Part shown: positions 26,993 to 37,456 of the stretch, one piece after another
Position numbering within the stretch: the stretch's first letter is position 1
Layout of the letters: each line of letters opens with the position of its first letter
Assembly (NCBI GenBank): GCA_016182085.1
Contig: JACOYB010000004.1
Span: 147,923 to 211,922, forward strand
DNA: 64,000 nt
Source: Candidatus Magasanikiibacteriota bacterium
GTDB taxonomy: Bacteria; Patescibacteriota; Patescibacteriia; Magasanikbacterales; GWA2-37-8
Reading direction: 5' to 3'
Notes under the pieces: generated by a model
The model's database searches: none
What the model was told of the DNA's origin: nothing
The model's input: the letters and a program-made list of their open reading frames with translations, nothing else
Position numbers and translations under genes: made by a program

Positions 26993-29491
26993 ATGGAAGA
27001 TAAAATTATCATAAAAAAAGCCAGGGTACATAATCTTAAAAATGTATCTCTAGAAATTCCTAAAAATAAAATGACGGTTTTTACCGGCGTATCCGGCAGC
27101 GGCAAATCGTCGCTCGCTTTTGATACCATTTTTGCCGAAGGTCAACGCAGATATATAGAATCTTTGTCGCCATACGCTCGCCAGTTCTTGGGTCAAATGG
27201 AACGGGCGGACGTAGATGAAATCACCGGTTTGTCTCCGGCTATTGCTATTGGCCAAAAAGCCTTGAGCCATAATCCAAGATCTATTGTAGGCACTCTTAC
27301 AGAAATTTATGACTATTTGCGTGTGCTCTATGCCAGACTTGGAGAAGTTTTTTGTCCAAAATGCGGTCTTAAGATTGAAAAACTTTCTCCGGAAGAAATG
27401 ATTGATATTATAATTGGCATGGCCGGAGAATTGAAAGAAAAATCTGTAACGATTTTATCGCCAGTAGTGCGCGGCCGCAAAGGGGAGTATTATCAAATGC
27501 TTTATGATTTTTTAAACGAAGGTTTTGATCGGGCGCGCGTAGATGGCAAGGTCCATTCTTTGCACGACCGTATAGAGCTCTCTCGTACCAAAGTTCACAA
27601 TATAGATATTGTGATTGACAGAGTAATGATAAGCGATGAAAGCCGTTTGTTTGAAGCGGTGGAGAGTGCGCTGCAGCACAGCAAAGGATTAGTAACAGTT
27701 TTGTTTGGCGAAAATACCAAAAATCCAACTGAAAGATTATTGTCTAGTCATTGGTCTTGCCCGGCCGATGGGTTTTCTTTTCCGGAAATTGAACCAAGAC
27801 TATTTTCTTTCAACAGCCCAGCCGGTGCTTGTGTGACCTGTGGGGGTTTAGGAAAATCCGATGTGTTTACCAAAGAAATTTGTCCGGATTGCGAAGGCAA
27901 AAGATTGAAACCGGAAGCCTTGTCTGTACGGATTAAAAATAAAAATATTTATGAAGTTTCTTCTCTAACTATAGAAGATTGTCATGGATTTTTTAAAGAT
28001 TACGGCAAAAAATTAAATGAACGTCAGCATCTGATCGCGCATAATGTGATAAAAGAAATAAATGACCGATTAACATTTTTGTTAGAAGTAGGATTGGATT
28101 ATATTACTCTAACCCGAGAGGCGCATACTTTGTCTGGCGGTGAAGCGCAGCGTATTCGGCTGGCTTCACAGATCGGTTCACATTTATCTAATACGTTGTA
28201 TGTTTTGGATGAGCCTACAATTGGCTTGCATGAACGAGATACAGAAAAATTGGTGAAGACATTAAAGGCTTTGCGCGATGAAAATAATACAGTAATTATT
28301 GTAGAGCATGATGAACGTACTATAAAAGACTCTGATTATTTAGTAGATATCGGCCCAATGGCGGGCGAGCTGGGTGGGGAGGTAGTTTATAGCGGGCCAA
28401 CAGCAGGCATTAAAAAAGAAAAAAATAAATCTTTGACCTTAAAATATCTTACAGAAGAAGTAAAAATAGCAGTACCCAAAAAACGCCGTTGGAAAGAAAC
28501 AGAAGAAATTTCTATCGTGGGAGCGCGTGCCAACAATTTAAAAAATGTTAGTGTAAAAATTCCTTTGCGTAAATTTGTTTGTATTTCCGGAGTATCTGGT
28601 GGCGGCAAATCTTCGCTTTTGTACGATGTGCTCTACGAAAATGTAGCTCGTATAAAAAGCCGGTTCAAAAAATTAGAAAATGTAACTAGTATTACCGGTA
28701 CAGAATACATAGACAAAGCGGTGATTGTAGATCAAGCCCCAATTGGGCGCACTCCGCGCTCTAACCCAGCCACATATACTGGTATTTTTACACCTATTCG
28801 TGATTTTTATACCAGTTTGGAAGAAGCTCGGGTAAGAGGTTATACTCATTCCAGATTTTCTTTTAATGTGCCTGGTGGAAGATGTGAATCTTGCCAAGGA
28901 GCAGGGTTTAACACTATTGAAATGCACTTTATGCCAGAGGTAGAAGTTCCTTGTGAAGTTTGCCATGGAAAAAGATTTAGCCGCGAAACCTTGCAAGTAA
29001 AACATAAGAATAAAAATATTAGCGATGTGCTAGAGATGACCGTAAATGAGGCAGTGAAATTTTTTGAACATATTTATCAAATTACTGACAAATTAAAAGT
29101 GCTGCAAGAAGTAGGTTTGGGTTATTTGCGTTTGGGACAAAGCGCTACCACACTCTCTGGCGGAGAAGCGCAGCGTATAAAATTGGCTCGAGAACTAGCA
29201 GCGCCCTTGGGCAAGAAAAATTTATATTTGTTGGATGAACCAACGGTTGGTTTGCATTATCATGATATTGAAATGTTGCTCGCAGTTCTAAATAAATTGG
29301 TAGATAAAGGGAATTCAATAGTGGTAATTGAGCATAACTTGCATATTATAAAATGCGCCGATTATATTATAGATATGGGGCCAGAAGGCGGCGCTAAAGG
29401 CGGTATGGTTGTAGCCAAAGGCACGCCGGAGGAAGTTGGAGATAACCCACATTCGTATACGGGCATGTACCTGAGACCGTATTTGGATTGA
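26993..29491 (+). CDS. uvrA: Excinuclease ABC subunit A (UvrA), compact form
   Basis: MEDKIIIKKARVHNLKNVSLEIPKNKMTVFTGVSGSGKSSLAFDTIFAEGQRRYIESLS. Two ABC ATPase modules with LSGGEAQR signatures. Zinc-finger Cys clusters. The ORF track start 26945 is probably an upstream extension. Confidence 0.93.
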   Translation: MEDKIIIKKARVHNLKNVSLEIPKNKMTVFTGVSGSGKSSLAFDTIFAEGQRRYIESLSPYARQFLGQMERADVDEITGLSPAIAIGQKALSHNPRSIVGTLTEIYDYLRVLYARLGEVFCPKCGLKIEKLSPEEMIDIIIGMAGELKEKSVTILSPVVRGRKGEYYQMLYDFLNEGFDRARVDGKVHSLHDRIELSRTKVHNIDIVIDRVMISDESRLFEAVESALQHSKGLVTVLFGENTKNPTERLLSSHWSCPADGFSFPEIEPRLFSFNSPAGACVTCGGLGKSDVFTKEICPDCEGKRLKPEALSVRIKNKNIYEVSSLTIEDCHGFFKDYGKKLNERQHLIAHNVIKEINDRLTFLLEVGLDYITLTREAHTLSGGEAQRIRLASQIGSHLSNTLYVLDEPTIGLHERDTEKLVKTLKALRDENNTVIIVEHDERTIKDSDYLVDIGPMAGELGGEVVYSGPTAGIKKEKNKSLTLKYLTEEVKIAVPKKRRWKETEEISIVGARANNLKNVSVKIPLRKFVCISGVSGGGKSSLLYDVLYENVARIKSRFKKLENVTSITGTEYIDKAVIVDQAPIGRTPRSNPATYTGIFTPIRDFYTSLEEARVRGYTHSRFSFNVPGGRCESCQGAGFNTIEMHFMPEVEVPCEVCHGKRFSRETLQVKHKNKNISDVLEMTVNEAVKFFEHIYQITDKLKVLQEVGLGYLRLGQSATTLSGGEAQRIKLARELAAPLGKKNLYLLDEPTVGLHYHDIEMLLAVLNKLVDKGNSIVVIEHNLHIIKCADYIIDMGPEGGAKGGMVVAKGTPEEVGDNPHSYTGMYLRPYLD

Positions 29492-29638
29492 TTTAATTTT
29501 TTATATTTAAGACAGGAATTCAAGGGGTTTTTAGGTTGACAAAAACCCTGTTTTTTGTTATTAGTAAAGTTAACAAAAAGGCAAAGTATCATAGGCATTT
29601 TGCCAAAGGTATTAGCCCAAAATTTGAGGAGGGGAATC

Positions 29639-30214
29639 ATGCTTCCTGCCGTAGATCGTATTGTGGATCGTTTGCTTGGATCAGACAACCAGGTACCGCC
29701 ATTGCGTCAAGTGAGTTCGACCGTACCGCGCAAGGTAATGGTTGTTCTGGATGTTAATTTGGAACAGTGGATTGAAGTGGCGAAAGAGCGGGGCGCTTAC
29801 CAGAAAGTACATATTGGCACATCGGGCATTCCTCGTCCGCCATGGCATCCCGATAACATTCCTGTGGCCAGGTTTTCAATGCCAGATCCGTCCAGCGCGT
29901 GGTCGGTGGTGCGCGCCGTGTCCTTCAATCAGCGGGTTAGTATGGATGAAGTGAAGGGGTTTATTCGCTTTACCCATCTTGAGCTATTTACTACTCCCGA
30001 ATATTATTCCGATACGGCCAGCGCTTTTGAGCATATTGCGTTGGACATACAGTATCCGGAAGTGACAGACGGGCTCAGCATTATTTCGTTTGATAAAGAG
30101 AGTTGCTCGCCCCGTCTGGTGTCTTGCGGTCCGACCGGAAATCGTGAGCTCTTCGTGGGGCCGTTCATTCCCAACATGCTGCGGTCAGAAAATACGCATT
30201 GGCTGTTGCGATAG
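29639..30214 (+). CDS. Hypothetical protein on compositionally foreign high-GC cassette 3
   Basis: 191-aa ORF with GAGGAGGGG RBS. About 58% GC. Upstream TTGACAAAA box inside hairpin AAGGGGTTTTT..AAAAACCCT (29526-29557). Downstream hairpin GGGACCC...GGGGTCC plus T-run (30234-30300). No recognisable domain. Confidence 0.55.
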   Translation: MLPAVDRIVDRLLGSDNQVPPLRQVSSTVPRKVMVVLDVNLEQWIEVAKERGAYQKVHIGTSGIPRPPWHPDNIPVARFSMPDPSSAWSVVRAVSFNQRVSMDEVKGFIRFTHLELFTTPEYYSDTASAFEHIALDIQYPEVTDGLSIISFDKESCSPRLVSCGPTGNRELFVGPFIPNMLRSENTHWLLR

Positions 30215-30362
30215 CTGGAGCGTTCTTTAAGTAGGGACCCTCGCTTATCCTACCTGTAATAGGGGTAGTGACCGCGGGGTCCTGTTTGTTTTTATAAACA
30301 TTTGTTATACTAAAAATCAGAATAATTTAAATATTTATTATTTAATTCACTCACTTCATATT

Positions 30363-31223
30363 ATGAAAATTTTTTTTACAGTTTTTCTCGTACTGCTCAT
30401 AATAGGTTTGACCTCTCTGTTTAGTTGGTATTATTTCGGCAGGCCATCCAATTTACCAATTACTACGGACAATATTCTAACTTCTACTCCAATGGTAGAA
30501 AATAAAAAGGGATTAGTTCTAGATAATCTAAAAGAAAACGACACGATTGCCTCGCCATTTAAAATTACCGGCTATACAAATGGAGAAGGGTGGGGAGGAT
30601 TTGAAGGACAAGTGGGCAACGTTAGTTTATATGATATAAATAATAACCTGTTGGATTTTAAGCCGCTTACGGCGGTCACTGACTGGATGACATCTACGGT
30701 ATATTTTGAAGCCAATTTGGAATATACAACGAGCGACGAGCGAGGATGGGTGGTATTTAAAAATGAAAATCCAAGCGGTGATCCGGCCAGAGATAAAGAA
30801 ATTGATATTCCGGTAAAATTAGTGCCTACCGATGAAATTATGAAAGTGCAGGCATATTTTGGTAATAGCAATTTGGATCCGGAAGTAACTTGTGAAAAGG
30901 TTTTTCCGTTAGCCCGCGTCGTGCCCAAAACCATAGCTGTGGCCAGAGTTGCTCTGGAGGAGCTTTTAAAGGGGGTGTCTTTTGAAGAAGCTAATTCCGG
31001 TTATCAAACTAGTATCAATTCCGGCGTGCAAATTAATAGTTTAAGCATTGAAAACGGTGTGGCCAAAGTTGATTTTAGCGCGGAGCTCCAGAATGGAGTG
31101 GCCGGAGCTTGTAAAGTAAACATGATTCGTTTGCAGATAGAGCAAACACTTAAACAATTTTCTACCGTAAACAGCGTGGTAATTTCCATAAATGGTAATA
31201 CCGAAGATATTCTGCAACCATGA
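30363..31223 (+). CDS. GerMN-domain (LpqB/GerM-like) secreted/membrane protein
   Basis: N-terminal TM/signal. VQAYFGNSNLDPEVTCEKVFPLARVVPKTIAVARVALEELLKG matches the GerMN motif. Stop overlaps the uvrC start (ATGA). Confidence 0.6.
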   Translation: MKIFFTVFLVLLIIGLTSLFSWYYFGRPSNLPITTDNILTSTPMVENKKGLVLDNLKENDTIASPFKITGYTNGEGWGGFEGQVGNVSLYDINNNLLDFKPLTAVTDWMTSTVYFEANLEYTTSDERGWVVFKNENPSGDPARDKEIDIPVKLVPTDEIMKVQAYFGNSNLDPEVTCEKVFPLARVVPKTIAVARVALEELLKGVSFEEANSGYQTSINSGVQINSLSIENGVAKVDFSAELQNGVAGACKVNMIRLQIEQTLKQFSTVNSVVISINGNTEDILQP

Positions 31224-32377
31224 GCTTAAAAGATACAGTTAAACAATTTCCTTTAACCCCCGGGGTTTATATTTGGCGGGATAAAAATAACAAACCCCTG
31301 TATGTTGGCCGAGCCACATCTCTTCGTCGGCGTGTTTTGCAATACTTTAGAAACGATATAGATCCGCGCATCGGTGAAATGGTGTCGCTGGCGCGTACGG
31401 TGGAATATCGCTGCACCGATACGGTTTTGGAATCAGTTATACTTGAGGCCAACATGATTAAAGAATACTGGCCAAAGTATAATATAGAAGAAAAAGATGA
31501 CAAATCTTTTATTTTTTTGGTTATTCCCAAAACCGATTTTCCCAAACCAATTATGGTGCGGGGCAGGGAATTGCAGAATTTTCCAGTTCCAGCAGACAGG
31601 GTATTTGGCCCATACCAAAGCTACACAGCTTTAAAAACAGTTCTAAAAATCGTACGTCGAATTTTTCCGTATAGTACTTGCAAGCCCACCGGCAAGCCTT
31701 GTTTTGATTATCAGATCGGGTTATGTCCGGGTGTGTGCGTGGGTGCGATAAGTAAAAAAGATTACCAAAAAAATATCAGTAATTTATTATTGCTGTTTAG
31801 GGGGGAGAGTAAAAAATTGTTAAAGAAGCTCTCCAAAGAAAATCCCGAGGCCGCGATACATTTAAAACATATTCAGGATGTTACGCTTATTTCCCGCGAA
31901 GATTTGGATGTGAGCGGGCATTTTAACAGGATTGAAGGATACGACATATCCCATTTTGCCGGCAAAGAAGTATATGGTTCAATGGTCGTGTTTACCAGTG
32001 GTCAGCCGGACAAAAGCCAGTATAGATTGTTTAAGATAAAGACCGTTACCAATAATGATTTGGACGCGCTAAAAGAAATGTTGGAACGAAGGCTCAAGCA
32101 TACGGAATGGCCAAAACCGGATTTGATTTTAATTGACGGGGGTAAGCCGCAGATAGATTATTTAAACAAGACAATGCAAGAGTTTCAGGTAAAATGTTTG
32201 TGGCTTGGACTATCCAAATTAAACGGTGATCATTTGGTATTTCCGGCAGGAACAAAAAATGTATTCAAGGATTTGGCAGAGAGTATAAAGAGAACATTGC
32301 AGCAGGTGCGGGACGAAGCGCATCGGTTTGCCAATCGCGGCCGCAGCCGCAGATATTTTAAAGATAATTTAAAGTAG
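31220..32377 (+). CDS. uvrC: Excinuclease ABC subunit C (UvrC), minimal 385-aa form: GIY-YIG plus Cys-rich region plus RNase H-like endonuclease domain; lacks the UvrB-interacting and HhH domains
   Basis: N-terminal GIY-YIG (PGVYIWRDKNNKPLYVGRATSLRRRVLQYF). CKPTGKPCFDYQIGLCPGVC. C-terminal RIEGYDISHFAGKEVYGSMVVF...LILIDGGKPQ endonuclease domain. Confidence 0.75.
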   Translation: MSLKDTVKQFPLTPGVYIWRDKNNKPLYVGRATSLRRRVLQYFRNDIDPRIGEMVSLARTVEYRCTDTVLESVILEANMIKEYWPKYNIEEKDDKSFIFLVIPKTDFPKPIMVRGRELQNFPVPADRVFGPYQSYTALKTVLKIVRRIFPYSTCKPTGKPCFDYQIGLCPGVCVGAISKKDYQKNISNLLLLFRGESKKLLKKLSKENPEAAIHLKHIQDVTLISREDLDVSGHFNRIEGYDISHFAGKEVYGSMVVFTSGQPDKSQYRLFKIKTVTNNDLDALKEMLERRLKHTEWPKPDLILIDGGKPQIDYLNKTMQEFQVKCLWLGLSKLNGDHLVFPAGTKNVFKDLAESIKRTLQQVRDEAHRFANRGRSRRYFKDNLK

Positions 32378-32619
32378 CAGGCTGACAGGTTGGCGGTCTG
32401 GAGAAAATTCTAGTATTATAAGTAGATAATATTTTGTTCTTTCTAACGCTTGACTGAAACACTATATTTTGCTACTAATTACTTTGAGTATTTTGGACTT
32501 GGAATTTAAGAGTATCTGAATTAGATATTTTAAAATTCCAAGCCCATGTCAACGAGTCCGCCGGTTGACACCTCAGGCTGAGGTTTCTGCGGATTGTTCC
32601 AAAATTGCGGGGGTTTGCA

Positions 32620-32949
32620 ATGAAGAACGGATCCAGGACTCGCGGTCAGGCTGGTAAGTTGCGCGCGGGTATGGGAGCTTTGCTCCGAGATACCAAGAAG
32701 TACCTTCCCGGATACGAGGATCTTCACCAGGCGCTTGCCTGCAACAACATCAAACGGGCGCGAGAACTTCTTGATGCGCTCAGGGCAGTAGGGAGTGGAG
32801 CTGCGCTCTATTTGCCAAAAGAACGAAACGGCGTACCAGCGCCGCAACTTGTAACCACAAGGAGTAGGCTGCTGGCCCGACTGACTCAGGCTCGCGTAGC
32901 TAATGGTCTATACCTACGGCTACAGAGCCAGGGTCAGGATAAATGGTGA
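32620..32949 (+). CDS. Hypothetical small helical protein on compositionally foreign high-GC cassette 4
   Basis: 109-aa ORF (alternative TTG start at 32605). About 62% GC. Followed by hairpin GGGAACGGtagggggtacgCCGTTCCC (32967-32993), then a perfect TTGACA-17-TATAAT host promoter at 33004-33032. Confidence 0.5.
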   Translation: MKNGSRTRGQAGKLRAGMGALLRDTKKYLPGYEDLHQALACNNIKRARELLDALRAVGSGAALYLPKERNGVPAPQLVTTRSRLLARLTQARVANGLYLRLQSQGQDKW

Positions 32950-33003
32950 TTTTTGGCAGTATTTGAGGGAACGGTAGGGGGTACGCCGTTCCCGCCTCAT
33001 GAC

Positions 33004-33032
33004 TTGACAAAATAATGCCTGTTTAGTATAAT
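33004..33032 (+). promoter_or_regulatory. Consensus sigma70-like promoter upstream of rpsA, with structured leader
   Basis: TTGACAAAA (33004-33009), 17-bp spacer, TATAAT (33027-33032). The leader contains palindromes ATATGGGCTAAAGCCCATAT (33125-33144) and AAGTTAAATACATTTAACTT. Confidence 0.55.
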
Positions 33033-33203
33033 TTAGTTAATAAAATTTAACGTAAGCCCTCCCAATTTAGAGGCGGGCACCTATGCCGATTTAATTGGCA
33101 GGGATAAAAAGGTTTTTTTGTTTATATGGGCTAAAGCCCATATATACTCATTCGTTCGCAATAAGTTAAATACATTTAACTTATTGACTCACTCATTTCG
33201 AAT

Positions 33204-34349
33204 ATGGAAGATTTTAAAACGCTTCTGCAATCTCACCCGCTTACCATCCCTAAAGAAGGGGATGTAGTTAAGTGTAAAATTATCTCTATTGATAAAGGCG
33301 AGGTGCATGTAGATATTGAAGGTTTAACCGTTGGCGTGGTGCGCGGACGTGAATTGTTTGCTGAATCCAAAGAATATACCAATTTAAAAGTGGGCGACGA
33401 AGTGGAGGCCACTGTGTTGGATTTAGAAAATGAAAATGGTGAAATGGAATTATCATTCCGCATTGCCGGTTACCAACGCGCTTGGAACAATGTTAAAAAA
33501 TGGATGCAAGACAATATTACCATCAAAGCCAAAGTTTTGGCTGCCAACAAAGGCGGCCTCATAATGCAAGTTGAAGGCTTGGGTGGTTTTATGCCGGTAT
33601 CACAACTTAATCCGGATCATTACCCAAGAGTAATGGGCGGCGACAAAAACCGCATCTTGGAAAAATTGCGTGAACTGATGAACAAAGAATTGGAAGTTAA
33701 AGTAATTGATGTTAATGAAAAAGAAGAAAAGTTGATTGTTTCCGAAAAAGCTGTTTGGGAAGATTCTCAAAAAGCCGTACTGGAATCATATAAAGTGGGC
33801 GATACCATAGAAGGAGAAATCAGCGCCCTCACTTCTTTTGGCGCGTTTGTAAAGTTTGGTCAGGATTTAGAAGGGCTAGTGCATATTTCCGAAATCGCTT
33901 GGCAGCGCATTGATCACCCGAAAGATATTTTAAAAGTTGGAGATCAAGTAAAAGCCCAAATCATCCAACTAGACAGATCCAAAATTTATTTATCCATTAA
34001 ACGTTTGGTAGATGATCCGTGGAAATCTGTAAAAGATAAATATAAAGTGGGCGATAAGGTAAGCGGTAAGATTTTAAAGATTGAACCGTTTGGTCTTATG
34101 GTTGCTTTGGATAAAGATATTCACGGTTTGGCTCATATTTCCGAATTGGCCGACGAAGGCATTAGCAACTTGGCCGACAAGTTTAAAGTTGGCCAGAACA
34201 CTGACTTTGAAATTGTTTCCCTAGAACCGCCGGAACACCGCTTGGGCTTAAGACTTTACGGAGTAAAGGGTAAAGCAAAGAAGGCTGAAGAGAAAAAGGA
34301 AGAGAAGAAAGAAAAAAAGTCAGAAACTGAAGCTGATAAAAAAGAATAA
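33204..34349 (+). CDS. rpsA: 30S ribosomal protein S1 (4 S1 domains, Lys/Glu-rich tail)
   Basis: Four S1 repeats (e.g. GDVVKCKIISIDKGEVHVDI, GDTIEGEISALTSFGAFVKF, GDKVSGKILKIEPFGLMVAL). Acidic/basic C-terminal tail. Confidence 0.85.
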   Translation: MEDFKTLLQSHPLTIPKEGDVVKCKIISIDKGEVHVDIEGLTVGVVRGRELFAESKEYTNLKVGDEVEATVLDLENENGEMELSFRIAGYQRAWNNVKKWMQDNITIKAKVLAANKGGLIMQVEGLGGFMPVSQLNPDHYPRVMGGDKNRILEKLRELMNKELEVKVIDVNEKEEKLIVSEKAVWEDSQKAVLESYKVGDTIEGEISALTSFGAFVKFGQDLEGLVHISEIAWQRIDHPKDILKVGDQVKAQIIQLDRSKIYLSIKRLVDDPWKSVKDKYKVGDKVSGKILKIEPFGLMVALDKDIHGLAHISELADEGISNLADKFKVGQNTDFEIVSLEPPEHRLGLRLYGVKGKAKKAEEKKEEKKEKKSETEADKKE

Positions 34350-34440
34350 TCTAAGAGGGCAGACTTGAAAAAGTCTGCTTTTTTGGCTAATTTTAGAGCT
34401 TGATTTTTTTATTAAAACAGAGTAAAATTCCTTAATAATT

Positions 34441-36288
34441 TTGATCTATAAATATATGCGAAACTTCTTAAAAAATTTCATTTTTGTATTCGTCTTTTTG
34501 TTTTTGGTAGCCGCGGTTTTGGGTTATGTGAGAAGTGAAAAAAATAAAGGCCCAGAGGTGGTAAGTATTACTAAAATGGTAGAGGAAATTAACGCCGGTC
34601 AGGTAAAAACGGTAATTATAAAAGGCGATACCTTGAGTTTGCAGCTGAAAGATGAAAAAGCCAAGTTGCAGGAAGTGCAAAAAGAGCAAAATGGCACTTT
34701 TGGCGAGATTGTAAAAAATTACGGAGTCTCCAGTTCGTCTTTGGCGCAATTATCCGTAGAAGTAAAAACCGATAGTTCCTGGAAATTCTGGGTGGGTAAT
34801 TTGTTGCCGGTATTATTGCCACTTATTATTTTTGTTCTGTTCTTCTATTTCATGACTCGCGGCGTGCAGGGTATGAACAATAAGGCTATGGGTTTTGGCC
34901 AAAGCAATCCTCGCCAAACTAATCCGGACGATAAAAATAAAAAGACCTTTACGGATGTAGCTGGAGCCAAAGAAGCAAAACAAGAACTTGTAGAAGTTGT
35001 AGATTTTTTGAAGGATCCGAAAAAATTCGCGGATATGGGCGCGAAAATTCCTAAAGGCGTACTTTTGGTCGGCAGCCCGGGTACGGGTAAAACCTTGCTT
35101 GCCAAAGCGGTGGCTGGAGAAGCCAATGTGCCATTTTTCAATATGTCCGGCTCGGAATTTGTGGAAATGTTTGTGGGTGTGGGCGCTTCACGTGTGCGCG
35201 ACTTATTTAGCAAAGCAAAAAAAGAAGCTCCTGCAATTGTATTTATAGATGAAATAGACGCAGTCGGACGCCGCCGCGGCGCGGGGCTTGGCGGAGGCCA
35301 TGATGAAAGAGAGCAAACCCTTAATCAAATTCTGGTAGAAATGGATGGGTTTGAGCCGAATTTGGGGGTAATTGTAGTTGCGGCCACCAACCGTCCGGAT
35401 GTGCTTGATCCGGCGCTTCTACGACCCGGACGTTTTGACAGACGCGTAACTCTGGATTTACCGGATATCAAAGACCGTGAAGAAATTTTAGGCATTCATG
35501 CCAAAAATAAACCGCTTGAAGCCGAAGTGTCGCTGCGAAAAATAGCTGAACGAACACCAGGATTTTCAGGAGCGGATTTGGCCAACCTGCTTAACGAAGC
35601 TGCGATTTTAGCTGTACGTCGAGGTAAGAAAAAAGTCAGCGAGATTGATATTTTAGAAAGTATTGAAAAAGTTTTACTCGGCCCGGAAAGAAAAAACAGA
35701 ATTATTAGCGACCAGGAGAAAAAAATGACTGCTTATCATGAGGCTGGGCATGCCATCGTAGGGCATTATATGGCACATGGCGATCCCGTACGAAAGGTGT
35801 CTGTAATTTCTCGCGGACAAGCTGGCGGGTATACCTTAAAGATGCCGACCGAAGACAAACATTATCATACCTTGGCGCAGTTTAAAGATGAGCTCGCTAT
35901 GATGTTGGGTGGTTATGTTGTAGAAAAAGCAATTTTTGGCGATAACATGCTTTCTACCGGCCCATCTTCTGATTTAGTAAATGCCACAAAAGTTGCTCAT
36001 GATATGGTGGTGCGATATGGGATGAGTACAATGGGTCCTCGAACCTTTGGTGATCATCAGGAAATGGTATTTTTAGGCAGGGAAATCACCGAACAGCGGG
36101 ATTATAGCGAAAAAACTGCCGAAGCCATAGATAGAGAAGTAAGCGGATTTTTGGCTGAAGCCGAAAAAAGAGCCAAGGAAGTCATAGATAATCGTAGTCC
36201 CCAATTAGAAGCCATGGTTAAGGAATTAATGGAAAAAGAAACTTTAGAGCAAGAAGATGTAGAGAGAATTTTGGGGCCAAGACAATAA
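34441..36288 (+). CDS. ftsH: ATP-dependent zinc metalloprotease FtsH
   Basis: N-terminal TM. AAA+ Walker A GPPGTGKT-type ([21 protein letters not shown]). [12 protein letters not shown] zinc site. Alternative start at 34456. Confidence 0.95.
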   Translation: MIYKYMRNFLKNFIFVFVFLFLVAAVLGYVRSEKNKGPEVVSITKMVEEINAGQVKTVIIKGDTLSLQLKDEKAKLQEVQKEQNGTFGEIVKNYGVSSSSLAQLSVEVKTDSSWKFWVGNLLPVLLPLIIFVLFFYFMTRGVQGMNNKAMGFGQSNPRQTNPDDKNKKTFTDVAGAKEAKQELVEVVDFLKDPKKFADMGAKIPKGVLLVGSPGTGKTLLAKAVAGEANVPFFNMSGSEFVEMFVGVGASRVRDLFSKAKKEAPAIVFIDEIDAVGRRRGAGLGGGHDEREQTLNQILVEMDGFEPNLGVIVVAATNRPDVLDPALLRPGRFDRRVTLDLPDIKDREEILGIHAKNKPLEAEVSLRKIAERTPGFSGADLANLLNEAAILAVRRGKKKVSEIDILESIEKVLLGPERKNRIISDQEKKMTAYHEAGHAIVGHYMAHGDPVRKVSVISRGQAGGYTLKMPTEDKHYHTLAQFKDELAMMLGGYVVEKAIFGDNMLSTGPSSDLVNATKVAHDMVVRYGMSTMGPRTFGDHQEMVFLGREITEQRDYSEKTAEAIDREVSGFLAEAEKRAKEVIDNRSPQLEAMVKELMEKETLEQEDVERILGPRQ

Positions 36289-36373
36289 AATTATAAAATT
36301 TAAAACAAAAACCCGATCGCTCAGTGCGGTCGGGTTTTTGTTTGTGCTTTCAGTTATGGTATAATGTAAATAG

Positions 36374-37363
36374 TTGTTTTTATATTTTTCAATTTGTATG
36401 AAAGAGCCATCATATCGCCAAACATTAGGCCACGCCTGGCAGGTAGTTTGGGAAAATAAAATTTTATGGATACTGGGACTTCTATCTGTTTTTTTGGGGC
36501 AGATCGGCTTCAGTGATACGTTTGGCAGGATTTGGTCAATGTTTGATACGACTCTTACGGGCCAAGGATTTTCACTAAGACCGCTGCTTATTTTTGAGCT
36601 CACGGGCAGCTTCTGGAATATTTTTGGCCTGGCCTGGCTTATGGTAATTTGCATATCAGTATTTGCGCTATTGATTTTTTTGGCAGTTGCTTCGCAGGGT
36701 TCGCTTATTACATATGTGGCTGAGTGGTTTAAAACCGGTAAGCACCAAATTTTGGCCAAGTCTTGGCGCAACAGCGTAAAACATTTTTGGAGCGTGCTGC
36801 TGGTAAATATAGTTAGGCAAGCCTTAATGTTCTTACTGCTTGTTGCTTTTGCTTATACCGCTAACTATTTTTTTAATTCAGGTAATTTGGCGCAAGGGTT
36901 TCTGTTTGCTCTGGGCGCGGTTTTACTTTTGTTTTTTTCTTTGGTTTTTTCGGCTTTGTGCGTATATACTTTATGTTATGTGTTGCTAGATGGAAAGGGA
37001 GTGGTAAAATCTGTTAAAAAAGCCTGGATGTTATTTTCAGAACATTTACTTGTATCTTTGGAAATAGGAGTTCTCTTAATGTTATTAAATTTTTTGTTGA
37101 TCCTGGCAATTGTAATCGGATCATTCTTTGCTTTCTTACCGGCCGCGCTTATCTGGATAGTGGGTGGTATTACCAATTTGGCGGTTTTAGGCGCGGTAGG
37201 TTTGGTGATCGGTATATTTTTACTGCTATTATTTATCGTTTTTTCAGCTGGTTTTTTCAATGCCTTCACTATCAGTGCCTGGGTATTTTTATTTATGAGA
37301 ATGCACAAAGAAGGGCTTTCCAGCCGGTCTATTCATTTTTTTAAATACTTATTTTCCAGGTAG
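36374..37363 (+). CDS. Hypothetical polytopic membrane protein
   Basis: At least 6 hydrophobic helices. No recognisable motif. Probable true start at MKEPSY (about 36398). Confidence 0.45.
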   Translation: MFLYFSICMKEPSYRQTLGHAWQVVWENKILWILGLLSVFLGQIGFSDTFGRIWSMFDTTLTGQGFSLRPLLIFELTGSFWNIFGLAWLMVICISVFALLIFLAVASQGSLITYVAEWFKTGKHQILAKSWRNSVKHFWSVLLVNIVRQALMFLLLVAFAYTANYFFNSGNLAQGFLFALGAVLLLFFSLVFSALCVYTLCYVLLDGKGVVKSVKKAWMLFSEHLLVSLEIGVLLMLLNFLLILAIVIGSFFAFLPAALIWIVGGITNLAVLGAVGLVIGIFLLLLFIVFSAGFFNAFTISAWVFLFMRMHKEGLSSRSIHFFKYLFSR

Positions 37364-37456
37364 TTTAATTTCTTACCAGTTATAAGCGAAGCTTTAAATT
37401 ACGTCGGGCTTCGAAAAAAGAAAATACATTTTCTTTTTTACTCACCCCTAGAAATT

